NCBI GenBank assembly: GCA_965263035.1
Contig: OZ253580.1
Span: 2,592,001-2,656,000 of the forward strand
From: Acidobacteriota bacterium
GTDB taxonomy: Bacteria > Acidobacteriota > UBA6911 > RPQK01 > JAJDTT01
Length of the DNA stretch: 64,000 nt
Reading direction: 5' to 3'
In this document: one piece after another, positions 19,171 to 30,171 of the stretch
How the letters are laid out: every line of letters starts with the position of its first letter
How positions within the stretch are numbered: position 1 is the first letter of the stretch
Notes under the pieces: generated by a model
What the model saw: only the letters and a program-made list of their open reading frames with translations
Told to the model about the DNA's origin: nothing
Databases searched by the model: none
Made by a program: the position numbers and the translations under genes

Positions 19171-19174
<4 letters not shown>
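18179..19174 (-). CDS. Lysylphosphatidylglycerol synthase TM-domain (UPF0104, flippase-like) membrane protein
   Basis: [24 protein letters not shown] and [11 protein letters not shown]; GTGA overlap with the secA stop. Confidence 0.88.
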
Positions 19175-21854
<2,680 letters not shown>

Positions 21855-21930
21855 ACTGCCTCGTAGTTTATCACGCGGACATCAGCGGACGAGATTCCGC
21901 CACCGGCCATTGCACGCCATCTCCCAGGGA

Positions 21931-21957
21931 GAGGGCGTCCACAAGGGTCGCGCCTAC
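21931..21957 (-). repeat. GTAG-type REP
   Basis: Reverse complement GTAGGCGCGACCCTTGTGGACGCCCTC. Confidence 0.7.
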
Positions 21958-22031
21958 GACGCGAAGAACCGTGTGCCCACCGGCGAAGGAGTTCCACTCT
22001 TGCCGCTTTTCCGGTTTCTCCTCTTTCCTCC

Positions 22032-24686
22032 TCATAGCGATTTCGCTCCGAAGCCCTCCAGGGTCCAACCCACGACCCAGCGGGAATGGTTGTCGTGCCC
22101 CGAGGCCGCGTTGCCGGCATCGATGGGAGCCACCGACTCGAGATTGGACTCCCGGAGAAACTCCTCCAACCGCGAACGATGTCCGTACATGGCCACCAGG
22201 AAACGAATGGGGTCGACCTGCGCCAGAAGTTCGGTCTCATAGGCGTCGATGGCGTCGGCGCCCCCCATGATCAATCCTAACGCCCGCTTCAGCCCAGGCA
22301 CGAGATTGGTCAGACCGGCGCCGCCCCGGGGGACCATGAGGCGGCCGTCCCGCTCGGTGACGTGGGTCCAGGAGTGGGTCCCGCCGGCGCCGATGTAGGC
22401 CGAGGCGCCCATCCCGGCGACGATGGGAATCCCATAGAGCCGTCCCAGATCCAGATAGGGACGGATGTCCTGATCAGCCTGCCCCCCGAGGTCCTGCAGC
22501 GGGTCCAGCTGGAGCTGGTCGATGAGCTTCTCCCGGAACCAGCGCTCCACGTCCAGCCCCTGCGCCAGATTGTGGAACAACCCTGCCGCAGGGATTCGGA
22601 CGGCCACGGGGACGGCCCGTTCGAGGGCGGCGAGTCCGGCTCTCAGGTCGCGTAGAACCTGAGTGAAGAAGTCCGCCCGCCAGCGAACCCAGTCGCGGTA
22701 GGGGCGGCCGGCGGAGACGTCGATTCTTCCGGGGTCCACGCCGGTCGCTTTTCGATAGGCCTCGACCATCTCGGGGTGGTACAGAAGCATGGGAACTTGG
22801 CGGTCACATCCCACCAACAGGCCGTCCGCCCCCCGCTCGGCCACCTCCAACAGAATGTCGACTCGTTCCTTCCTGACCTCGGGGAAGTAGTAGCTCAGAC
22901 CCCTGGAGTCCGATCCGTCCTTGGCGATCCGCCACCACTCCGGATGGCGCTTGTAGAAATCGCTGGAGAAGATTCCGCCGTAGCGGTTGGCGCCGTAGTG
23001 CCGCTGCATCGCCAGCCAGGGCCAGACCTGTGCCCGGCATCCCTCCCGGGTTCGGTTGACCTGTTCCAGGGCGTCGTACTCGTTGATCATGTGGATGCGT
23101 CTGCCGTAGTCGTGGGGGGAATAGTCGCGGCTCTGCTGCGCCTTCTCATAGGAGGCACAGGGGAAACGGGTGGTCTGGGGCAGACGGCTGTGGTACTCGA
23201 CCCAGGATCGGCCGACCGACCAGCCGATGGTTCCGAATCCCAGTTCAGTCTGGCCGCAGACGATGCTGCGGAACTGGTCCGGCAGCAGGCGGGCCCAGAT
23301 GACGTCGAAGTAGCAGGCCCAGTCGTTCACCGCCAGCAAAGGTGTTGGTGGCGAAGACATCCGGATTCTGAGATTCCGGACCGATTCGGGCGTGACCGGA
23401 ACCAGCCGCAGAAGAGTGGCCATGCCTCGCTGCTCGCCGGCCTTCTTCCAGTCCAGCCACCTCCTGGGGTCGCCGCCGGAGTAGAAACGAATGACTTCTC
23501 CGGTCAGGTCGGCGGCGGTGACGAAAGTCTCGTCTCCCAATTGGGTGGGAGGAGCGTCTCGGATCAACCCCTCGTTGCCCACCTGAACGTGCAGACCTGA
23601 GCCTCCGGTCCCCAGGAAGACGGCATAGGTCCCCCGGGCGGGCGGACGATAGGTGACGGCAGGAGCGGTATAATCTCCTCTGCCGACCAGTGCGACGCCA
23701 TCCTTCGAAAGCCGCTTCCACTCCCAGGACTCGACGTCGATGGGATCGTCTCCCCAACGGCCATGGGCCCTCTGGAAGTTGCGGATCCGGATCTCGGGAC
23801 GCCCCGGGTCGATCCGCAGGCGCCACGAGGCCAACGGGGTCAGCGGGAGACTGTCCGGCCGCTCGGTTCTCCGCCGGTAGTCCAAGACGGGACCGTCCGG
23901 CCAGAGCTGTTCGGCCACCTTGGGCAGGAACTGCACCCGGTAGGCCCCGTCGGGCCGACCCTCGACCGGGACGGAAAATCTCAGCAATCCTTTCGGGCGG
24001 CTGAGCGTGACGTTTCGGGTCCAGAGGGAATCCCCCGAGGCGGCCAGCAACCTCAATTCGCCTTCCATGCGATCGGGACCGACTCCCGGACGGACCTCCG
24101 CCAAAAGCGTCAGACGATCCTGGTCGAGGAGAACCTCCGGGTCCATCCGGAGCGAGATCAGATCGGCGGATCCAAACTTGGGATCGAATACGACTCGATC
24201 GGGTCCGCTTTCCAGGAATCGCAGGGCCTTGACCGGAAGCACGCCTTCCCCCATCCCCAGCCGTTCGGTGGTGACGTCCTGGCTGAGTTGTTGGCGGAAG
24301 GTCCAGGTCTTTTCCGTGTCCGGACCCTTCACCTCGAGCTTGAGCTGGTAGCCGAGAAAGTAGACTGCGCCCGCTTCGTATTCGTAGCGGCCGGGAGCGG
24401 TCAGAGGGCCAATATCGAAGCTGATTCGATCTCGGAACGACCGGGTTTCGGTGATGGTCCTGCCGGCCGGCAGACGCCGGGTCACCCGCGCCTGGAACTC
24501 CCGGTCTCCGGGTTCGAGCACGGTGAAGCCCAGACGATGGTTGGCGCCCGGAACCAGCCGCAGCTCGCGGCCGGACGAATCGAGGTCGACTCCATCGAAA
24601 GCAAGCTTCACCCCATCGGAGGCCCTGGCGAATGTCGGCAAGGTGAGCAGAAAGTAGAGGACCAGAGAATGGTTCCAGGTCATCAT
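22032..24686 (-). CDS. Large secreted protein with C-terminal glycoside-hydrolase-like (GHL10/DUF187-like) barrel
   Basis: Signal peptide; SDFYKRHPEW...LSYYFPEVR...ILLEVAERGADG...WVRWRA...GLDVERW pattern. Confidence 0.6.
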   Translation of the reverse strand: MMTWNHSLVLYFLLTLPTFARASDGVKLAFDGVDLDSSGRELRLVPGANHRLGFTVLEPGDREFQARVTRRLPAGRTITETRSFRDRISFDIGPLTAPGRYEYEAGAVYFLGYQLKLEVKGPDTEKTWTFRQQLSQDVTTERLGMGEGVLPVKALRFLESGPDRVVFDPKFGSADLISLRMDPEVLLDQDRLTLLAEVRPGVGPDRMEGELRLLAASGDSLWTRNVTLSRPKGLLRFSVPVEGRPDGAYRVQFLPKVAEQLWPDGPVLDYRRRTERPDSLPLTPLASWRLRIDPGRPEIRIRNFQRAHGRWGDDPIDVESWEWKRLSKDGVALVGRGDYTAPAVTYRPPARGTYAVFLGTGGSGLHVQVGNEGLIRDAPPTQLGDETFVTAADLTGEVIRFYSGGDPRRWLDWKKAGEQRGMATLLRLVPVTPESVRNLRIRMSSPPTPLLAVNDWACYFDVIWARLLPDQFRSIVCGQTELGFGTIGWSVGRSWVEYHSRLPQTTRFPCASYEKAQQSRDYSPHDYGRRIHMINEYDALEQVNRTREGCRAQVWPWLAMQRHYGANRYGGIFSSDFYKRHPEWWRIAKDGSDSRGLSYYFPEVRKERVDILLEVAERGADGLLVGCDRQVPMLLYHPEMVEAYRKATGVDPGRIDVSAGRPYRDWVRWRADFFTQVLRDLRAGLAALERAVPVAVRIPAAGLFHNLAQGLDVERWFREKLIDQLQLDPLQDLGGQADQDIRPYLDLGRLYGIPIVAGMGASAYIGAGGTHSWTHVTERDGRLMVPRGGAGLTNLVPGLKRALGLIMGGADAIDAYETELLAQVDPIRFLVAMYGHRSRLEEFLRESNLESVAPIDAGNAASGHDNHSRWVVGWTLEGFGAKSL

Positions 24687-24875
24687 CGGTCAGACTCCCA
24701 GGCAGAATGGAAGGTCGGCCACGGTTCCGGAGGTTTCGATCCTGACAGCCGCCGAGGACTTTTTCCACAGGCCGTCCACACCCTTTCCTCGGTTTTTTTC
24801 GGGACGACCATGGATATGATGAGCGCCGCGAGGAAGGCGACTCGACGGTATTTGACCGAAACGTAACGGGGCCCG

Positions 24876-25922
24876 GTGGTGAGATATTCCAACGGCTTCA
24901 AACTGACCGGGACCTGTCTCTCGGGACTCGGCCTGATCCTGTTGGCCTCGAATTTCTGCGGACCAATTTCTCAAACGGTTCCCCCCGACGAGTTCGGCCG
25001 CGTCTATCCGGTGACGCTGCGCCTGAAGGACGGCTCGCCACTTCTCAAGATCGAATTCAGTTCCCGCGGTATCCAGAAGCTGACGACCGGCGAGGAGCCG
25101 GAACTGGACTGGATCTACCAGGGCGCCTATAGCGCCTGGGACTACACGGAGTGGCACTGGTGGAAGGGTCATCCCTTCGACTTTCAGGCTCGCAGACATG
25201 AAAATCCTGCCTACTGGGACTCTTTTCGTCCCCGTTTCCAGGGAAACCCGCGAGTGGATGCAGGGAAGATCGGCGAGGGCTACCTGGAGATCGATTTCGG
25301 AACCGACGGCTTCGAGTTCCAGCAAGCCTATCTCCTTCCCGATGCGGCCACTCCCGGCCGGGGCTATTGGGACATGTTCTTTACCGCCGTCAACGCTACC
25401 GGAAGACAGATCGAGGAGTACGGGCATTTCTTTGCCTGTTACACCTCGATCAACGGCTCGCGCTCCTTCTGGTACTGGGCCGCCGGAGGAGAGTTGGCGC
25501 TCTGGTCGGAGCGAGGGGTCGGCCACCTGGACGGTTATGTGAGCAGTCCGGCAGCCTACTTCGCCGGGGACGGCAGAATTCCCCATTGCCCCCGCGGAAA
25601 CGGCCGCCTGATGGGCACTTGGCGCCATCCGGTGCTCGTTTCCCACGCCTCACCCGCCGGCTGGCGCTCGGTGATCCTGCTGGACCCGGAGACGACGGCC
25701 GCCGTCACCAGCGGCATGGAGGGAACCGCCATGGATTTCATCTTCTACCCCGGCCACAAGAAGCGTGTCTTTCCGTCCGGTGGCCGTTTCCGTTCCCATC
25801 TGCGGCACCTCATGATCAAGAGTCCCGGGCTCCCAACCCGGGAGCAGTTGGAAGACTGGTGGATGGAGTTTCGGCAGGCAGGGTCCGAACTCGAAAGACG
25901 GCTGGGCGAATTTCGGAATTGA
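24876..25922 (+). CDS. Hypothetical exported protein
   Basis: 348-aa ORF with hydrophobic N-terminus, aromatic-rich, fills the gap between flanking genes; no recognised family. Confidence 0.65.
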   Translation: MVRYSNGFKLTGTCLSGLGLILLASNFCGPISQTVPPDEFGRVYPVTLRLKDGSPLLKIEFSSRGIQKLTTGEEPELDWIYQGAYSAWDYTEWHWWKGHPFDFQARRHENPAYWDSFRPRFQGNPRVDAGKIGEGYLEIDFGTDGFEFQQAYLLPDAATPGRGYWDMFFTAVNATGRQIEEYGHFFACYTSINGSRSFWYWAAGGELALWSERGVGHLDGYVSSPAAYFAGDGRIPHCPRGNGRLMGTWRHPVLVSHASPAGWRSVILLDPETTAAVTSGMEGTAMDFIFYPGHKKRVFPSGGRFRSHLRHLMIKSPGLPTREQLEDWWMEFRQAGSELERRLGEFRN

Positions 25923-25948
25923 TCGGACCTTCAACGCCTCCCAGCGTC

Positions 25949-27439
25949 TCAGTTTCCGGCGACGTCGTGCAGAAGCCGGAGCAACGTTCTGCGGACCTTG
26001 GCTTCGGCCTCCACCGCCAGGTAGCTGGACCTCGCCCGCCAGGTCTCGTAGCCACCCAATTCGTGTTGCCGGGAGGTGGGCAGGTAACCGTTGTAGCCGT
26101 TGGCCAACTCGATCACGAAGGTCGGCCGCAGCGGGCTCTCCTGCTTGATGGCCAGGCCCGTTTCGACGAAGGTCTCGCAGGGACTGCTGACGATTCCCAG
26201 AGCGCCGATGCGGATCGCCTGCAGCCGGACCTGAACCTGAGCCGGATACTCGGCCAGCAGCACCGTCTCACGGGCGTAGATGGCTCTTCGTTCCCTGTAG
26301 GGTCCGGGTCCGGCGGCCTGCAGGATCTTCCGCGCCCGCTCCAGGTCGTCCCGGCTCGGCAGTCGAACTCCCAGCTCGATCTCCGATTGGCTGGAATCCA
26401 GAGGCACCCAGTCGTGATACTCGATCCGCCGGTAGGCCTGGACCGCCGAATCGGCCACGTCGGAGGCCACCCGCCGGATCTGCTCGAAGGGCTTGCGGCG
26501 GACGCCCGGCTCGAAGAAGTTGACGTTGTTGATGTCGGCGCTGGTTCCGTTGGACATGACGCCCACGAACGGCGGCTCGACCTCCCCGGCTCCCAACCGT
26601 TGCGTGATCTGCTTGGCGAATTCGCCGAAATAGTCCGCCGAGAGACCGCCGGGCCCGACGCCGCCCACGTAGTGCAGCGAGTAGTTGGCCAGCAGGGCCA
26701 GGGGCCGCCCGTCCCGGGCCTGAACGGAAAGGACCGGAACCTCAGGGTCGATGGGGCCGGCCGGCGCCAGCAACTTGTTGCTGCCCTGAGGCGGATTCAT
26801 CCTCACCCGATCGGTCCCGGCGTCGAACGGATCCGTGTACTGGAAACCGGGACGCATGAACCAGCGCCGATTGAAGACTTGGCGGGCGTTGTTGCCGACG
26901 GCCCAGCCGACTCTGGCCGGTTCGAGCCGCGAGTCGGCCTCGATGACGGCCTGAGCCATCCGTTCCTTCAGAAACTCCCGGTAGGCGTCTTCAGGCTCGC
27001 TCTGGAAGACTCCTCCGACGGTAACGGCAGTATGAGTGTGGGTGGCCGACATCAGCATGTTCTCGGCTGGAATCCCGGTCGAGCGCGACGCCTTCTTGCG
27101 GGCGCTGTCGATGATGTCCCTCGGAATCATGCAGCTGTCGACGACCACGATGGCGATCCGGACCGATCCGTTGTCCAGCACCAGTCCGCGCGCGTTGAGA
27201 GGATCGTGCGCCCTCCCTACTGAGCGGTCGCTCATGCCTCCGTTGGAGGAGACGGGAAAGTTCCGGGGAATGATATCCACCACCGAGGCGCCGGCACGCA
27301 GTACCTTTCGCCCGCCCTGGGCAGCGGATCGTGGAGCCGTTCCAGCCGGGACCAACGCCAGCAGAACGAACATCAGGAGCCAACGTTTCGACATCGAAGT
27401 CAATGGCATCGCGGGTCGATCCTGGAAGAGGGATTTCAA
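25949..27439 (-). CDS. Neutral/alkaline ceramidase-superfamily hydrolase, secreted
   Basis: AHDPLNARGLVL, SATHTHT, GPIDPEV, NYSLHY, SADYFG and ELANGYNGYLPT...GGYET. Confidence 0.8.
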   Translation of the reverse strand: MKSLFQDRPAMPLTSMSKRWLLMFVLLALVPAGTAPRSAAQGGRKVLRAGASVVDIIPRNFPVSSNGGMSDRSVGRAHDPLNARGLVLDNGSVRIAIVVVDSCMIPRDIIDSARKKASRSTGIPAENMLMSATHTHTAVTVGGVFQSEPEDAYREFLKERMAQAVIEADSRLEPARVGWAVGNNARQVFNRRWFMRPGFQYTDPFDAGTDRVRMNPPQGSNKLLAPAGPIDPEVPVLSVQARDGRPLALLANYSLHYVGGVGPGGLSADYFGEFAKQITQRLGAGEVEPPFVGVMSNGTSADINNVNFFEPGVRRKPFEQIRRVASDVADSAVQAYRRIEYHDWVPLDSSQSEIELGVRLPSRDDLERARKILQAAGPGPYRERRAIYARETVLLAEYPAQVQVRLQAIRIGALGIVSSPCETFVETGLAIKQESPLRPTFVIELANGYNGYLPTSRQHELGGYETWRARSSYLAVEAEAKVRRTLLRLLHDVAGN

Positions 27440-28929
27440 TGAGACTGTATCATTTGCGGCCGAGGTTCCTCTACAACTCCGGGACGGCGTTGGTTCGAAC
27501 CCGGCCGTCCCCGGTCGCCGAGGTCGACCCGCGCCTGCTCCGCCAGCACCATCAGACGTTCGACGATTTCGGGATGTTCGGGGGCGACGTTGCGTGACGA
27601 ACCAACATCACCGACGAGATTGAAGAGGAGGGGTTCCACCGGCCGTTCGTCCCCAAAGTGAGGATGACGGCGGAACGAGTGCAGCGGCACGAAGAGTTTC
27701 CAGGGACCCTGCCGCACCGCATGGAGTTGATCCCGGTCGTAGTAGTAGAAGGCCTCATAGGGCGAAACGGCGGACGGCTCCGCGAACAAGAGGGGACGAA
27801 TATCGTGCCCGTCCAGGATTCGGTCCCGCGGAGGCTCGCCGCCGGCCAGGCGAGTCAAAGTGGGCAGCAGATCCATGGTCGTGGCCAGCTCCCGGCAAAC
27901 GGTTCCGGGGGCGATCCGGTCCGGCCACCAGGCGATGGCAGGCACGCGAAAGGCGCCTTCCCCCGTGGTGTAGCCCCGGCCGAAAAGAGGAGCGTTGCTT
28001 CCGCGCTCCGGACCATCCCCGTCACTGGACAGGGGAGCGCCGTTGTCCGAAGTCCAGATGACCAGAGTGTGTCGATCCAGCTCGAGCTCGACCAGTTTGT
28101 CCAGAATCCGGCCGGTGGACCAGTCCAATTCCTCGACGGAGTCTCCCCAGGGACCGTTTCGGCTCGTGCCCTTGAAGCGCTCGCTGGCGAACGGATTCCG
28201 GGTGCTTCCCGGCATCGCGTGAGGCAGATAGAGAAAAAATGGCCGGGCCCGGTTCTGCTCCATGAACTCCAGAGCCCTCTGCGTGTAGCGCCGGGTCAAC
28301 AGGTTCCGGTCGACCGGGGCCTCGATGACCGTTTCGTTCTCCAACAACGGCAGCGGGGGCCAACGAACTCCGTCCATCCGGTCTCCGATCCGCCGGCCGG
28401 CAGCCTGCGCCATGTCGTCGCTGTAGGGAATGCCGAAAAAGGAATCGAACCCCTGCCGGGTGGGAAGAAACTCCGGCTGGTCTCCCAGATGCCATTTGCC
28501 GATGATGGCGGTGGCGTAGCCGAGAGGCTTCAACGACTCCGCGATGGTGATCTCATCCGGATGCAGCCCATAGGGCGAGATCGGCCGCAAGACCTGGCCG
28601 TCGCGAGGGTTCGTGTGCATACCGACCCTCTGCGCGTAGGCGCCGGTCAGGAGACTGGCGCGTGACGGGGTGCAGACCCCGGCACTGGCGTAGAAGTGTG
28701 TGAGTTTGAGGCCTTCCCGGGCCATGCGATTCAAATGGGGGGTTCGGTGGAGCCGGGAACCGAAGGGCTCGACGTCCCCGTAGCCCAGATTGTCGCAGAG
28801 GATGACGATGAAATTCGGCTGCCGAGTGTCCTCGGCGGAGCAACCCGCCAGGAGCTGAACGGCGAGGGTCAGGGCAGCAAAAAAAATGCGGCGGGATCCT
28901 CTTGACGCAGGCTGGTTCGCGGAAGCCAC
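27436..28929 (-). CDS. Arylsulfatase-family sulfatase, probable lipoprotein
   Basis: PNFIVILCDNLGYGD, CTPSRASLLTG, GKWHLG and TSDNG; LAGC lipobox; start uncertain. Confidence 0.9.
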   Translation of the reverse strand: MASANQPASRGSRRIFFAALTLAVQLLAGCSAEDTRQPNFIVILCDNLGYGDVEPFGSRLHRTPHLNRMAREGLKLTHFYASAGVCTPSRASLLTGAYAQRVGMHTNPRDGQVLRPISPYGLHPDEITIAESLKPLGYATAIIGKWHLGDQPEFLPTRQGFDSFFGIPYSDDMAQAAGRRIGDRMDGVRWPPLPLLENETVIEAPVDRNLLTRRYTQRALEFMEQNRARPFFLYLPHAMPGSTRNPFASERFKGTSRNGPWGDSVEELDWSTGRILDKLVELELDRHTLVIWTSDNGAPLSSDGDGPERGSNAPLFGRGYTTGEGAFRVPAIAWWPDRIAPGTVCRELATTMDLLPTLTRLAGGEPPRDRILDGHDIRPLLFAEPSAVSPYEAFYYYDRDQLHAVRQGPWKLFVPLHSFRRHPHFGDERPVEPLLFNLVGDVGSSRNVAPEHPEIVERLMVLAEQARVDLGDRGRPGSNQRRPGVVEEPRPQMIQSH

Positions 28930-29027
28930 GAAATACAAATACCAGATTGCCGAGAGCAGCGCGCCGCCTGTCCTGCTTGGAGCGGCCGCTCTCGACAGGT
29001 AGTCTTGACAGCGCGCTGGGGGGTTGA

Positions 29028-30143
29028 ATGAAGAGAGCGATTTCCGGAAGCGGATCCGGCAGAAGAAGTGACCGGGGCCGTTTGGGTGCAGTCCTGCTGG
29101 CGGTGGGGTGGCTGGCCGGTTGTGCCCGGACTCCGGAGCCGACGTCAACGGACAGCGGCTTCAGCGTCACGCACACCGAGGAAGAGATCGTCATCTCGGG
29201 GCCGGTCCTGGAGGCCAGGATCCGGAAGCAGGGCTACGTCAGCGGCGTCGCCGGAGGATCGTTCCTGGACCGCAAGACTGGATTTCGCGATGCAGGCCAC
29301 GGACTCCACATCGCCGACTTCCTGCTGGAGCCGGGCAGCGCCGAATCCCATGGAGATCAGCTCCCCCGGGAGTTGCACTACCTGGATGATCCGCTCATCC
29401 ACGGAATGCGCCCCAAGCGGATCGTCGAAGGCCCCCAGATCTGTACCCGGGCGCGCCGCCTCTCGCCCCGGCTCGTGGAGGGCCCGGACTTCGTGGCGCT
29501 GACCATGGACTTCAACTACACGCTGGCGGCGCCCGGGAAGAAGCCGGGATCGAAGTGGACACAGACCATCGTGTTCCCGGCGGGCGAGCGCTACTTCGTG
29601 TCCAGCGACCGGATCGATTCGGTCAACGACAGCGATTCCCTGTTTCTCCGCATCGACATGCCGGGCCACATCAAGCACCGGAAGGGAGATCTCTTCAGCG
29701 AGGTCTACCTCAGCTACTTCGGCAAGATCCCGGCAGAGGCGTTCCTCGCCGATTTCGGCCCCGACGGACGCTTCAACTACCGAGCGGACCGGAATGAACT
29801 CCCTTCGAGGTTCATCCGGGCCTACCGGCTGCGGAACCCGGAGACGGGGCGGAAGGGGCCGTGGCTCGCCGGCATGACCCTTGATCCGGACACCGTGCAC
29901 GAGGCCTGGTGCCACCAGCGGGGCTACGTCTGCATGATCCAGGAGCTGGGCGGAAAGCCGATCCGGTCCGGAGAGTCCTTCGGCGCCGCCTACGTCGTCG
30001 GTTACTTCGACTCCGTCGAGGAGATGAACCGGATCTACGACCGCTACGCCGGTCACCGCGGTCTCCGGGTGGACCGGAATCGGTGGCGGCTGACAAAACG
30101 GGTTCCGGGAAGGGAAAGAGGAGGAGTGAGGAACGGGAAATGA
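29028..30143 (+). CDS. Hypothetical lipoprotein
   Basis: LAGC lipobox; 371 aa with host-like codon usage; HEAWCHQRGYVC motif; family not recognised. Confidence 0.72.
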   Translation: MKRAISGSGSGRRSDRGRLGAVLLAVGWLAGCARTPEPTSTDSGFSVTHTEEEIVISGPVLEARIRKQGYVSGVAGGSFLDRKTGFRDAGHGLHIADFLLEPGSAESHGDQLPRELHYLDDPLIHGMRPKRIVEGPQICTRARRLSPRLVEGPDFVALTMDFNYTLAAPGKKPGSKWTQTIVFPAGERYFVSSDRIDSVNDSDSLFLRIDMPGHIKHRKGDLFSEVYLSYFGKIPAEAFLADFGPDGRFNYRADRNELPSRFIRAYRLRNPETGRKGPWLAGMTLDPDTVHEAWCHQRGYVCMIQELGGKPIRSGESFGAAYVVGYFDSVEEMNRIYDRYAGHRGLRVDRNRWRLTKRVPGRERGGVRNGK

Positions 30144-30171
30144 GACGGGAGCCGGGGAAGGGGGTTGGAGG

